A stretch of 49,680 nt of DNA from Chiloscyllium plagiosum (taxonomy: Eukaryota), in NCBI RefSeq assembly GCF_004010195.1, contig NW_025214948.1:6508-56187 (forward strand), read 5' to 3'. A program made the position numbers and the translations under genes. Positions 14,245 through 26,937 of the stretch are shown here, in pieces. The notes under the pieces are model-generated. The model saw only the letters and a program-made list of their open reading frames with translations, had not been told where the DNA came from and did no database searches. Position 1 is the first letter of the stretch. Each line of letters begins with the position of its first letter.

Positions 14245-14530
14245 TGTGTGGATTTAGTGGATGTACGATATCAGAATTTTCAGAAGGTTTTTGAGAAGGT
14301 ACCCACACATTGAACTACTTAATAAGAGCTCATAGTGTTAGAGGTCATGTATTAGCTTGGTCAGAGGACAGAGTTGGAGTAAGGGGGACATTTTCAGGAT
14401 AGCAACCTGTAACTAGTAGAATGCCACAGCTATTGATGCTAGAACCACAATTGTTTACAATGTGTATTAACAATTTGGATGAGGAAAGTGAATATATTAT
14501 AGCCAAGTGTGTGGATGACACAAATAGGTG
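14245..14530 (+). mobile_element. Decayed CR1 RT fragment embedded in the Penelope element
   Basis: VDVRYQNFQKVFEKVP and LEPQLFTMCINNLDEESEYIIAKCVDDT are degenerate forms of LDFQKAFDKVPH and FADDT. Confidence 0.8.
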
Positions 14531-14905
14531 GGATTCACCTGCACCTCCACCCACATCATCTACTGCATCCGCTGCAGCCGGTGTGGCCTCCTCTATATTG
14601 GGGAGACAGGCCGCCTACTTGCGGAGCGATTCAGAGAGCACCTCTGGGCCACCCGGATGAACCAACCCAATCACCCTGTAGCACAGCATTTCAACTCCCC
14701 CTCCCACTCCACCGAGGATATGCAGGTCATTGGACTCATCCACCGCCAAACCACAACAACGCGACGGTCGGAGGAGGAGCGTCTTATCTTCCGACTGGGA
14801 ATCCTCCACCCACAGGGGATGAACTTGGACTTCACCAGTTTCTTCATCCCCCCTCCCCCCACCTTGTCTCAGCCGAATCCCTCCAGCCTGGCACTGCCTT
14901 CCTGA
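14528..14905 (+). pseudogene. Penelope GIY-YIG endonuclease domain (5'-truncated, frame open)
   Basis: FTCTSTHIIYCIRCSRCGLLYIGETGRLLAERFREH..PVAQHFN..EEERLIFRLG..PQGMN. Confidence 0.93.
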
Positions 14906-15056
14906 CCTGCAGTCTTCTTCTTGACCTCTCCGCCTCCACCCTACTCCGACCTATCACCCTCACCTTGACCTCTTTCCACCTATCACATTTCCAACGCCCC
15001 TCCTCCAAGTCCCTCCTCCCTACCTTTTATCTTCGCCTGCTGAACACTCTCTGCTC

Positions 15057-15092
15057 ATTCCTGAGGAAGGGCCTGTGCCCGAAACGTCGAAT
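15057..15092 (+). ncRNA. Minimal type-I hammerhead ribozyme (intact core)
   Basis: ATTC-CTGAGGA-A-GGGC-CTGT-GCCC-GAAA-C-GTC-GAAT; same architecture as 14172-14207. Confidence 0.8.
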
Positions 15093-15589
15093 CTCCTGTT
15101 CTCTAGATGCTGCCTGACCTGCTGTGCTGTTCCAGCAATAAAGTTTCAGCTTAAATATCACTAACCCTGGTTTTGTTTCTTTGTAAAACACTGTCCATCA
15201 TCCTGTCTCCTTCATCCTTCCCTCCAACGAAAAGAGCAAGGAGCACATTGAGTTTCTCTGTCACTAAGACTGAGACAATCCGATCAGCTGCCTCTGCTGC
15301 TTCCCTCCCTCCCACTAGCCCACCGAGACAAACTGCCTCACATGGTGTTCCTGATTTTTGTCCCAAACTTACACCTTTCTCCGGTGTCTTGTCAAGCATT
15401 ATCAGAGCTCACCTTGATCTTTTACTAGTCTCGCTAAACGACAGACATTCCAATTCTGTTTCCTCCTCATCACTCCCCCTCGCCAATTCACAGGTATTGT
15501 TCCTTGTTCTGTCTATCTGTCTTTTCTGGTTATGTTCTTCTCATCCATTCTGCAAAAAAAAAACTAACATTTGACCTCACCATCATTTG

Positions 15590-16150
15590 TAAATCCTGCT
15601 CCATCTCCACTCTCCCTTTCCTTTCTGAATTCTTGTATTTGGTGTCCCTCAAGGATCTATCCTTGGTCCGTCCTGTTTCTCACCTACGCACTGCCAGGAG
15701 GTGACATTGTCCAAAAGCACAGTGTGAGGTTTTACATGTACACTGACAATGCCCTGCTCTCCCTCCCCACCATCCCTTTCCATTGCTCCACTGTTACTCA
15801 GTTACCAAACTGCTTATCACGTTCCCACTACTCGATTGACTGCAATTCCCTCCAAAGAAACATTGTTACGGTTAAATCCATTACCCTCAGTTGCTATTAC
15901 AAATTCATTTCCCTTATTGCTGAGCCCCTCCCTCTCACTGGGTGCAGTCTGATTTAGAACTAGACTTCACAACTTTGCTGTCATATCTGTAACCCTAAGG
16001 TGACCTTCTCATCAGACATCTACGCAATCTCAAACACCAGGAATTCCAAACTCTCAAATGTTGCTTGTCTCCACCTCACCCCAGCTCCATTGCTACTGAA
16101 ACCCCTTACCCGTGTCGGTGTTACCTTAAACTTGATGAATTTGAAATGAA
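15590..16150 (+). mobile_element. Decayed L2 LINE RT fragment
   Basis: GGTGTCCCTCAAGGATCTATCCTTGGTCCG encodes GVPQGSILGP, followed by GDIVQKHSVRFYMYTDN (YADD remnant). Confidence 0.85.
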
Positions 16151-17199
16151 CCCTTGATTTCGTGACTGACCCAGAATCTGCTAGCTTTCAGTGTTTCCTG
16201 CACAATTACCCCCGGTCCCTTTGTGGTGCAGCTTTCTACAGTTTCCGCCTTTTAAATAGCACTCTGTTCTTTTATTATCCCCTACAAAATGACCAACTTC
16301 CCATTTTCCCAAATTATACTCCATCTGGCAACTTGTTGCCCCCTTCTCCTGTGCATCTCTCTCTCTTCACAATCCTCTTAGAACTTTACAGTTATGCATT
16401 TTCCTGGAGTTCCCCTCCCCCCTTCTAAACATTTACTGGGAGCACTGGGTAGTGTGAAGCATGCAGAGTTGCTCTGTTTTTAGAGATACTCTATGGGAGG
16501 AGCTTGCTGCCCATTGGTCAGAGTGGAGGCAACGTGCCCATCGAGCTGCATGAGCCTTTAACTCCCCATGTCTTATTGATGAGGCACAGCGGCAGCACGG
16601 AAGGAAAAAAAAAAGAAGCAAATCCTGCTCTCCACATCTCACTGACTCTTGGAATATTCTGTCCCATGTGTCAAAGATCTGCCCTGTTCAATCACATGAA
16701 ATTCCAAGGTGGAAACTCCTAGAAACCCACATAGATTTCAACCTGAACTGACTGCTGACCTCCACAAGGGGTAATGTGTCCAGTCATCCTGGGCCAGGAG
16801 GAGGGGATGGTGCGAGTTTCTAACCTGAACTGACAGTGATGTATTTTATAAACTTGTATTACAGGATACTACAGGTGGACATTCAGATGGTAATCTCAGT
16901 CATTGTAACACCTAACTCTGATTGAATTAGTCAATTCATCAGGACTTGGATATTTTCATTGTGTGTGAGTATTGTATTCCATCCAAATCCCATTTGCTGC
17001 ATAAAAGTTCTCCTTTGAATCTTCCCAAACCTTTAATGTGTGTCCTGTAATCCTTGTATAATGAGCTGATGGTTATAAGCTTTATTATTATAACGTGTAA
17101 CTTTTCTAAACCCCTCTGTCACAGCTCCTCTCAATTGCCTTTGCTACAAGGAGAACACCTCAGTTTCCCCAAACCCCTGATTCCCCAATGTTTGTCTGC

Positions 17200-17375
17200 T
17201 CTCTGTAAGGTACACATCAGGTTGTGTTGAAACATTCTCCACTTGCCTGCATCAGTGCACCCCCCAACACTATTAAAGAAAGTGAGCATCCTCCAGGACA
17301 AAGCACTGTGCCTGAGTGGTGTCCCCTCCACTACCTTCAGCATTCCCTCTCACTACCCCAGAGACACAGTGGCAT
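17200..17375 (+). mobile_element. 3' ORF2 fragment of a LINE, probably the same family as 12190-13720
   Basis: Reads PLACISAPPTLLKKVSILQDKALCL, a typical LINE C-terminal PxW..L..IQ.KA.R remnant. Confidence 0.55.
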
Positions 17376-17436
17376 CACTGTGTAAAAGGTAAAGGCAGCA
17401 TTGTCCTACCGGACCATAGGGCTGCTCTCTCATTAG

Positions 17437-17567
17437 GGAGAAAACTGGAGCACCTGGAAGCAACCCATGCAGACACTGGGAGAATGTGCAAGTCCCACAG
17501 AGACAGTTGTCCAAAGCTGGAATTGAACCTGGGGTCCTGGCAGCAGTACTAATCACGGTGCCACCCT
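17437..17567 (-). mobile_element. HE1-type tRNA-derived SINE, 5' part
   Basis: Reverse complement of GGGTGGCACCGTGATTAGTACTGCTGCCAGGACCCCAGGTTCAATTCC; homologous to the copies at 20909 and 22828. Confidence 0.8.
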
Positions 17568-17579
17568 AAAATTGTAATT

Positions 17580-18220
17580 TGATTCACAACTACCACTTCC
17601 TCTGATATTTCATTCCACACATAAACCATTATCTGAACAAAAATAAAAAAAAATCCCGAACGCCTTTTTACAGCTGTTGTGCTGTCAACTTAAAAGGTAT
17701 GTACCCAGTCTTGAATCGCGTCCCTTCCTGGAAAGGACACCTGCTGTTCACATTACTGATACCACCCCTCCATGATTTGAGAAACATCTAATAAGGTCAC
17801 TCCTCAGCCTCCTGCGCGCCAGTGAAAGAAGTCGCAGCCTATCCAGTCTCTGATTATAATTCAAACTATCCATTCCCATCAACATCCTGGTAAATCTCTT
17901 CTGAATCCGCTCCAACTACATCATGTCCTCCCGATATCAGCATGACCAGAACTGGACACAGAATTCCAGAAAAGGCCTCCCCAACATCCAAAATAATGTC
18001 CCAACTCTTGTACGCAAAGGTCTGAGCAATGGAGGCAAGTGTGCTAGGCACCTTCTTAACCACCCTGTCTCCATGTGACACAGACGTGAAAGACCCTAAC
18101 CACTTGGCCTTTTTGTGCCATATCACTACTCGAGGCCCTGTTTTTAATTAGTGTAAGTCTGCCCTTGTTTGTTTTATCAAGATGTAATATTTTGCATTTA
18201 CTCCAATCCAGAAATTCCCC
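17580..18220 (-). mobile_element. CR1 LINE 3' fragment
   Basis: Minus strand gives KCKILHLDKTNKGR and VVKKVPSTLASIAQTFAYKSWD (CR1 ORF2 C-terminus). Confidence 0.8.
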
Positions 18221-18229
18221 AAAACCCTG

Positions 18230-20036
18230 AGCATTAAAGACAGTCAGAGTATACTTAAGAGGGAAATCAGGAGGGCAAAAAGGGAACATGAGATAGCTTT
18301 GGCAAATAGGCTTATGAATAATCCCAAGGGTGTTTATAAATACATTAAGAACAAAAAGGTAACTCGAGAGAGAATAGGGCTCCTCAAAGATCAGTAAGGT
18401 AGCCTATGCGTGAAGCCGCAGGAGATGTGAGAGATACTAACTGAATCTTTTGCATTAGTGTTTACTGTGGAGAAGGACATGGGCAATATAGAATGTGGGG
18501 AAATAGATGTCGACATGTTGAATATGTCCACCTTACAGAGGAGGACATGCTGGGTGTCTTGTAACCCGTAAAGCTTGGTTAATCCCCAGCACCTGATCAG
18601 GTGAACCCTAGAACCCTGGGAAGCTGGGAATGTGATTGATGGGTCTCTTGTGGAGATATTTGTATCATCGATTATCACAGGTGATATGCCAAAAGACTAG
18701 AGGTTGGTTAACGTGGTGCCGCTATTTAACAAAGGTGGTAAGGACAAGCCAGGGAACTATCGACCGGTCAGCCTGACATTGATGCTGGGCAAGTTGTTGG
18801 AGGGAATCCTGAGGAACACGATGCGCGTGTATTCTGAAAAGCAAGGACTGATTAGTGATAGTCAGCATGACTATGTGCGTGGGAAATCATGTCTCACAAA
18901 CTTGATTAAGTTATTTGAAGATGTATCAAAGAGGATTGATGAGGGCTGAGAGGTGGACATGATCTATGGAATTCAGTAAGGCGCTCGACAAGCTTCCCCA
19001 TGGTAGACTGGTTAGCAAGGTTAGATCTCATGGAATGCAGGGAGAACAAGGCGTTTGGGTACAGATCTGGCTCAAATGTAGAAGGCACGGTGGTGGTGGA
19101 GGGTTGTTTTTTCAGATTGGAGGCATGTGACCAGTGGAGGCTCTCAAGGATCAGTGCTGGGTCCACCACTTTTCGTCGTTTATATATATGATTTAGATAT
19201 GAGCATAGGAGGTATAGTTAGTAAGTTTGCAGATGACACCAAAATTGGAGGTATAGTGGACAGCAAAGAGGGTTACCTCAGATTACAATAAGGAGGTTGT
19301 TCAGATGGGTGAGAAGTGGCAGATGGAGTTTAATTCAGATGAATGTGACGTGNNNNNNNNNNNNNNNNNNNNNNNNNNNNNNNNNNNNNNNNNNNNNNNN
19401 NNNNNNNNNNNNNNNNNNNNNNNNNNNNNNNNNNNNNNNNNNNNNNNNNNNNNNNNNNNNNNNNNNNNNNNNNNNNNNNNNNNNNNNNNNNNNNNNNNNN
19501 NNNNNNNNNNNNNNNNNNNNNNNNNNNNNNNNNNNNNNNNNNNNNNNNNNNNNNNNNNNNNNNNNNNNNNNNNNNNNNNNNNNNNNNNNNNNNNNNNNNN
19601 NNNNNNNNNNNNNNNNNNNNNNNNNNNNNNNNNNNNNNNNNNNCTGGAGCATCAGAGACTGAGGAGTGACCTCCGTCGAGGTTTATAAAATCAGTAGTAG
19701 CATGGATAGGGTAAACAGACAAGGTCTTTTCCCTGAGTAGGAGAGTCCAGAAATAGAGAGCATAGGTTGAGGGTGGGAGGGGAAAGATATAAAAGGGAAC
19801 TAAGGAGCAACATTTTCACTCAGAGAGTGGTGCGTGTATGGAATAAGCTTCCAGAAGAAGTGGTAGAGGCTGACAATGATAGCATTTTAAAGGCATTTGG
19901 ATACCTGACATGAATAGGAAAGATTGAGAGGGGTATGGCTCAGGTGCTGGCAAGAGCGATAAGATTGGGTTCGGATATCTGGTCGACATGGATAAATTTG
20001 AGCGAAGGTTCTGTTTAGTGCTGTTCATCTGTGACT
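18230..20036 (+). mobile_element. CR1 LINE ORF2 (RT) and 3' end, decayed, spanning an N gap
   Basis: NVVPLFNKGGKDKPGNYRPVSLT..SQHDYVRGKSCLTNLI, KFADDTKIGG and WQMEFN; CR1 tail near 20000-20036. Confidence 0.93.
19353..19643. other. Assembly gap (N run)
   Basis: Run of n. Confidence 1.
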
Positions 20037-20259
20037 CACAGCTCAGTGGGTTTCGGTCTCTTCAAAGATAAATCTTAGTCTGTTTTATTTTAGTAAAGCT
20101 ACAACATTCAGTAGGGTGATGGTTTATTTCTTTAATTACACATGATACTTTGATTAAGTTTTTTTAGTATAAAATATTGATACTAATTTATTCTAGAGTA
20201 GTGTTTTGTAAAGCTGTAAGACTGTGTGCGTTTTTCTGGGTCTGTGGACTGTTAAGGTG

Positions 20260-21570
20260 CAGAGATGGCCATTTGTGCAGTGATGTGCTCTTCCTGTTGG
20301 ATGTAGGAGATTAAGGAAAGTTTCAGTGATCCTGATTGTCTGCAGGAAGTGAGGATGCAAATCCTGTAGGATTTCATGGATCAGATGGAGCGATGGTTAA
20401 AGGTAATGAAGAACTTACCGGAGCTGGGGGGTGTGATAGGTGGCAGTTTCAGAAAGGTAGGAAAACTGCCGATCCAGTCAGGTGGATGGGTTTCCTCTCG
20501 GAAAGGGAGGAGCGGAGGGCAAGTAGTGCAGGAGTCTCCTGTGGTTATTTCCATTTCAAACAAGTAAGCTGTTTTGGAAAGCATCGGGGGTCACAGACTC
20601 TCAGGGGACTATCGCATTGACAGCCAAGTTCCTAGTGTAATAGATCTAGTGTAATGTGAGGTATATCCAGTTCCACACGATCGATGGTGATAGGGTGCTT
20701 TCTCGTCTGCAGCACAGACTGCAGTTTCTGTCGCTAACAGTGAGACATCAGAATGGGCTGGTGCCTCCCTACTGCCTGGGTGAAGGATGGCTCTGAGGGT
20801 GCAGAGTATTCTGAAAGGGGAGAATGATCAGTGGGAGGTCGCTGTACATTGGTACTAATGACATAAGAGAGAAGGATGAAGTCCTGAAGAGAGAATATAG
20901 CAAAGTGTGGGCGGCACGGTGGCACAGTGGCACAGTGGTTAGCACTGCTGCCTCACAGCGCCTGAGATCTGGGTTCAATGCCGGGTGTGGAGTTTGCACA
21001 TTCTCCCCGTGTCTGCGTGGGTTTCCTCCGGGTGCTCCGGTTTCCTCCCACAGTCCAAAGACGTGCAGGTCAGGTGAATTGGCCATGTTAAATTACACCG
21101 TAGTGTTAGGTAAGGGGTAAATGTAGGGGTATGGGTGGGCCGCGGGTCGGTGTGCATTTATTGGGCCGAAGGGCCTATTTCCACACTGTAATATAATCTA
21201 ATCTCATCAAATTAGCCTGTAGGATAATAAGCAGGTCCTTGTCGCTAGTAATATCTGGATTATTCCCGGTACCACATGCTCGTGAGAATAGGACGAGCAG
21301 GGTACGGCAGGTGAATGGGTGGCGAAGGATCTGATACAGGGGAGAAGGATTCACATTTTTGGATCATTGGAATCACCTGAATTGGAAGGGTCTAATATCC
21401 AAGCAGGGAGATTTGCTAGTGCTACACGGGAGGCATTAAACCAGTGAGGGAGTGGGGGGTAAACCTAAAGAGGTAGTGAGAACGGAGGTAAGTCTGAGAC
21501 TGGTACAGTTGAGAAGTTAGACAGGCAAGGCAGGCAAGGGCAAGGCACAGAATGAGGTAGGACTGACAAG
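20260..21570 (+). mobile_element. CR1 ORF1 remnant (Zn-finger/leucine zipper plus SGNH esterase), interrupted by a SINE
   Basis: VMCSSCWM*EIKE..CRK, CLPTAWVKD and YIGTNDIREKDEVLKREY (esterase GTND block). Confidence 0.85.
20909..21208 (+). mobile_element. Near full-length HE1-type SINE
   Basis: GGGCGGCACGGTGGCACAGTGG (A box), GGGTTCAATGCC (B box), GGTTTCCTCCCACAGTCCAAAG core and a CR1-like tail ending in CTAAT repeats. Confidence 0.92.
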
Positions 21571-21574
21571 GTAA

Positions 21575-22826
21575 AATAAGCAATAGGTGCAGGAATAGGC
21601 CATGCTGCCCTTTGAGTCAGCACCACCATTCATTATGATCATGGCTGATCATCCACAATCCGTATCCTGTTTCTGTCTTATTTCTGTAACACCTGATTCC
21701 ATTATCTTGAACAGCTCTATCCATCTCTTTCTTGAAAGTATCCAGAGACTTGGCCTCCACTGCCTTCTGGATCAGAGCATTCCATGTGGCCACTACTCTC
21801 TGGGTGAAGACGTTTCTCCTCAACTCTGTTCTAAATGGCCTCTCCCTTAATTTTAAACTGTGTCCTCTGGTTCTGGAAGCATGCTTCCTGTCCCCAGAGT
21901 GTCCAACTCTTTAATAATCTTGGAGGTCTCAATCAGATCCCCTCTCATTCTCCTAAACTCAAGTGTATACAAGCTCAGTCGCTCCAATCTTTCAACATGT
22001 GATCATTCCGCCATTCCGGGAATTGACCTCATGAACCTACCCAACACTCCCTCAATAGCCACAATGCTCTTCCTCAAATGTGGAGACTAAAACTGCACAC
22101 AATACTCCAGGTGCGGTCTTACCAGGGCCCTGTACAGCTGCAGAAGGACCTCTTTGCTCCTATACTCAATTCCTCTTGTTATGAGGGCCAGCATGCAGTG
22201 AGCTTTCTTCACTACCTGCTGTACCTGCATGCTTGCTTTCATTGACTGATGTACAAGAATACCTAGATCTCGTTGTACTTCCACTTTACCAAACTTGACT
22301 GCTTTTCGATAGTAATTTGCCTTCCTGTTCTTACCTCCAAAGTGGATAACCACACAGTTATTCACATTAAACTGCATTTGCTTTGCACCCGTCCACTCAC
22401 CTAGCCTGTCCAAGTTAACCTGTATTCTCATAACATCCTCCTCACATTTTACCCTGCCATCAGCTTTGTGTCATCAGCAAATTTGCTAATTTTACTTTTA
22501 ATATGTTCATTTATATTATTAATGTATATAGTAAACAGCACCAAACCTTGTGCTACCCCACTAGTCACTGCCTGCCATTCCGAAAGGAAGCGTTTATCAC
22601 TACTGTTTGCTTGCTGTCAGCCAGCCAATTTTCAATCCAAGTCAGTATATTCCCCTTTGTAAATCCATGCTGACTCTGACGAATCCTATTACTGCTATCC
22701 AAATGAGCTGTAACTTAATCTTTTATAATTGACTACAGCATCTTTCTCACCACTGACATCAGGTTAACTGGTCTATAATTCCTTGTTTTCTCTCTCCCAC
22801 CTTTCTTGATAAGTGAGACAACATTA
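21575..22826 (-). mobile_element. CR1 LINE ORF2 3' half
   Basis: QMQFNVNNCVVIHFG..QRDLGILVH..LYRALVRPHLEYCVQF, RNVFTQRVVATWNAL and NYRPVNL. Confidence 0.93.
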
Positions 22827-22827
22827 A

Positions 22828-23105
22828 GGCGGCACAGTGGCACAGCAGTTAGCACTGCTGCCTCACAGCGCCAGAGACCCGGGTTCAAATCCCGCCTCAG
22901 GCAACTGATTGTGTGGAGTTTGCACATTCTCCCTGTATCTGCGTGGGTTTTCTCCGGATGCTCCGGTTTCCTCCCACAGTCACGTGAATTGGCCATGCTA
23001 AATTGCCCGTAGTGTTAGGTCTGAGTGGTTGCGCTTCGGCGGGTCTGTGTGGACTTGTTGGGCCGAAGGGCCTGTTTCCACACTGTAATGTAATCTAATC
23101 TCATC
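22828..23105 (+). mobile_element. HE1-type SINE
   Basis: A box TGGCACAGCAG, B box GGTTCAAATCC, tail GGGCCGAAGGGCCTGTTTCCACACTGTAATGTAATCTAATC. Confidence 0.92.
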
Positions 23106-23219
23106 ATTAGCCACTCTACATCACCTGATTCTGTGTCTCCCCATTCGCAAGGGACTGAACGTCATCCCTCACCAACAGGGCCATCTTACCCACTTTGCCC
23201 ATCAGTCTGTCCTTTTGAT

Positions 23220-23975
23220 AGCACTGCACTGCATTTATTTCAATGCAAGAGGTTTGACAGGGAAAGCAGATGAGTTTAAGATATGGTTTTGAACATGGGA
23301 CTGGGAGAAAGTGGGTATTACAGAAACGTGGCTTAGGTTGGACAGGACAGGTAGCTTAATGTTCCAGGGAATAGATGTAAGAGGAAGGATAGAAAGGGGG
23401 AATAAGAGAGAAGGTGGAATAATGTTTTTGATTCGGGATAACACTATTGTTGTGCTTAGGGAGGATATTCATGGGAGTTCGCCCGGTGAACTTACTTGGG
23501 TGGAACTGGGAAATAGGAACAGGATGATCACCTTATTGAGGTTGTCTGTGTGGGTTTCGTCCGGGTGCTCTGATTTCCTCCTACAGTCCAAAGATGTGCA
23601 CATTGGGTGGATAATCCAGGCTGAATTGCCCATATTGTTCACGGATGTGCAGTTTGGGGGGATTAGCCATGGGAAATTGCCTAGAGTGTCCAGGGGTGTG
23701 CAGGCTAGGAGGATTGGCCATGTGAAATGCAACGTTACAGGGGTAAGATAGGAGGCTCAGAGGGTCAGTCTGGATGTGATGGGCCGAATGGCCTGCTTCC
23801 ACACTTGGGATTCTCTGACGATAATTCTACTAATTTTAAAATAGTTGTAGAAAATAATAGACCAGATCTAAAAGTTGGTGTTCGAAGTTGGACAAAGGTG
23901 AATTTTGACGGTACAAAGCGAGAACTTTCAATATTTCTTTGCAACCCCCAGGTAAAGGGACGGCTGGAAAGTGGG
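23220..23975 (+). mobile_element. CR1 ORF2 APE endonuclease fragment, with a partial SINE at ~23543-23815
   Basis: CIYFNARGLTGKADE..GITETWL..GGIMFLIRD. Confidence 0.85.
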
Positions 23976-24400
23976 AACATAAGAACAGAAGGAATAGTAG
24001 CAGGAGTAGGCCATCTGGTCCCTCAAGCCTGCACTGCCATTCAATTAGGTCAGGGCTGAGCTTTTCATGTCCTCAGCTCCACTTTCCTGCTTCCTCACCA
24101 TAACCCTTAATTCATTCCCTGTTGGCAAATCTACATTTTGCCTTAAAGGCATTCAAGTTTATAATGTTAACGGCTGCACTCAGCAGGGAAATCCACAGAT
24201 TCATAACCCTTTAGCTGAAGAAGTTCCTCCTCAACTCTGTCCTAAATCAGATACCCCCTTATTTTGACGCTATGCTCTCTCGGCTGACCCCCTCCTGAAG
24301 TAAGGAGATCAAACCTGTACTTAGTACTCCAGGTGTGGCTTCACCATCACCCTGTACAGCTGCAGCATAACCATCCCTCTAGCAAGGAAGATCAATAGAC
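23976..24400 (-). mobile_element. CR1 3' fragment
   Basis: Reverse complement of the CR1 tail (AACATAAGAACAGAAGGAATAGTAGCAGGAGTAGGCCAT) and an HLEY remnant at ~24325. Confidence 0.75.
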
Positions 24401-24539
24401 CCTTCACCATCTCTTTTAGTCCTCTGGGATGCATTCCATCATGGCCAGGAGACCCATGTACTTTTGGGCTGTTATCTTTCACAACACTACCTCTTTATTG
24501 AGAATGACTCTTTCCATGTCCTCATCTGCGATTGCCTCC

Positions 24540-26460
24540 ATAGGCCTGTGAAAATGAGACAACAAGAGAACATAGACAGTATGTTCCTGTTATTGCCAAG
24601 TTTGGTAGGTATAGAGAATGCTGTGTGTCTACAGAAATTGAGGGTCTGGTCAAAAAGATGAAGGAGGGATATGGCAGATACAGACAGATGGGTTTGAGTG
24701 AATCCCTCGGAGTTTCGGTGCAGTAGGAGTGTACTTGAGGGAAAACAGGAGGGCAAAAACGATACATGAGATAGCTTTGGGGGGAAAGAGGTTTAAGGAC
24801 AATCCAAAGAGATTCTACAAAACACGAAGGACAAAAGAGTAACCAGGCAGAGAATATGGACCCTCAAAGATCAACCAGGCTGTTTGTGGAACCACAGAAG
24901 GTGGGAGAGATACTATCTGAGGATTTCATGTCAGCTTTTACTGAAAGAGGATATGGAAGCTAGAGACTTTGGAGAAATAAATAGTGATAACTTGACAACT
25001 GTCCATATTACAGAGGAGGTTGTACTGGGTGTCTGATACATAAAGCTAAGTAAATCTATGGCACCTGATCAGGTATATCCCAAATCTTTGTGGGAAGTTA
25101 GGGAAGTGATTGCCGGGCCCTCACTGAGATATTTCTATCACCGATAGCCACAGGTGAGGTGCTGCAAGACAGGCGCCATCATTTGAGAAAGATGATGAGG
25201 AAAGGCCAATACAATGGTGAGCCTGAGATTAGTGGCAGACAAGGTGTTGGAAGGAATTCTAAAGGACAGGTTTATATATAATTGGAAAGGCAAGAAGTGA
25301 TTAGGGACAGTTAGCATAGCTTTGTACATAAATCACTAACTTGGACTTCAGAACGTCATTCAAAAAGGTTCCACATGACCGACTGGTCAGCAACTTAGAC
25401 ACCATGGGATGCAGAGAGAACCAGCTATTTGGATACAAATTGGCTGGAAGGTTGGAGACGGAAGGTAGTGCTCTTCGGATTGGAGGCCTATGATGAGCAA
25501 TATGGTGTAAGGATCGGTGCTGGATCCACTGCTTTTCATCATTTATATCAGTGATTTCTATGTGAATATATGAGGTATAGTTAGTGGGTTTACAGTAGAC
25601 ATCAAAATTGGAGGTGCACTGGACAGCGAAGAAGGTTACCTCAGAGTATAATGGGACTTCAATCAAATGGGCTGAGGATTGTCAGATCAAGTTTATTTCA
25701 GATAAATGTGAGGTGCTCCATTTTGGAAAAGCAAATGAGGGCAGGAATTATACACTTAATGGGAAGATCCTGGGGAACGTTGCTGAACAAAGAGACCTTG
25801 GAGTGCAGATTCACAGTTCCTTGAAAGTAGAATCATAGGCAGGTTAGTGAAGAAGGTGTTTGGTGTACTTGCCTTTACTGGTCAGTGCATTGAGTAGTGG
25901 AGTTGGGACGCCATTTTGCGGCTGCACAGCACATTGATTCAGCCACTTCTGGAATTCTGCTTTCAGTCCTGGTCTCTCTGCTATCGGAATGATATTGTGA
26001 AACTTGAAAGGGTTCAGAAAAGATCCGCAAAGATATTGCCAGAGTTGAGGGTTTGAACAATATATATAGAGGCTGAATAGGCTGGGTCTGTTTTCCCTGG
26101 AGCATCGGATACAATTGTGAGGGGCATGGATAGGGTGAAATCCCAGGGTCTTATTCCAGGATATGTGAGTCCAAAGCATGGGGGCACAGGCTTCACGTGT
26201 GAGGGAAAAGATTTAAAAGGGATGTAAGGAGTAATATTTCTAGCTGAACATGCTATGTTTATGGAATGAGCTGCCAGAGGAAGTGTGGAGGCTGGTACAT
26301 TCACCCAATTATGCCTTTGAGATGTTGTATGTGATTAGCAAACTTTTAGAAGGATATAGGCCAAGTGCTGGCATATGGGATGAGATTAACTTAGGATATC
26401 TGGTCAGCATGGACAAGTTGGATCGAAGGGGTCTGTTTCTCTGCTGTACATCTTTATGGC
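24540..26460 (+). mobile_element. Long decayed CR1 ORF2 and 3' end
   Basis: GSVLDPLLFIIYISD, KCEVLHFGKANEGR..QRDLGVQIHSSLK and WNELPEE; tail GGATCGAAGGGGTCTGTTTC. Confidence 0.9.
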
Positions 26461-26937
26461 ACAACTAAAATTAAGATGGGCTTCTCTTTTATGGAGAGTT
26501 AGCAGAAGATCAGATAATTCTCTTTGGAGCTGAGAAGGTTAGGCAGTGATTTTGACCAGGAGCAGATTTGTTTCCAGGATATTTAATTCAGGGAGAAATT
26601 ATTAACGTCACAATTTTTAGTAACTACCTTCAGGTAACTGGCAAATAATGCAGTTTAAAAATGTGAAGATTATTTTACTTACTAAGTTCTGATCATCTGG
26701 AACGGTTTGACCAAGAGCTGGATGCACATTCAGTAGTTCTTGTCAAAACAAATTTGGAATTTATGTTTTTAAAGGAAGGATTTGGAGGGCTACAGACAAA
26801 TGGGAGGTGAGTTTGGATAGACTGGCACCATCTCAGAGGGAGAGAGTACAGCCCCAATGGGCTGAATAGCCCCAAACCCCTGTGCTCTGTGTTACTGCCC
26901 CATTCATCGTGAATAATGAAGCTCATCCCAGGGCTGA

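Larger units (their letters stand above)
13801..15150 (+). mobile_element. Composite Penelope-like element: inverted partial terminus, pLTR, CR1 RT fragment, GIY-YIG C-terminus, pLTR; flanked by a 12-14 bp direct repeat
   Basis: TTAAATATCACTAA at 13787-13800 and 15151-15164. Direct repeats ~13995-14240 and ~14879-15125. 13837-13991 is an inverted copy of the same terminus. Confidence 0.88.

Noticed and set aside
14509..15117. 202-aa ORF overlapping GIY-YIG
   Set aside because: An alternative frame of the C-rich Penelope sequence with low-complexity translation.
19297..19722. ORFs across the first gap
   Set aside because: Artefacts of N runs.
17580..20036. Twin-primed inverted CR1
   Set aside because: Both pieces contain 3' regions and look like independent insertions; no TSD was found.
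20909..20985. tRNA gene
   Set aside because: The A/B boxes belong to SINE heads; there is no full cloverleaf and the SINE body follows.
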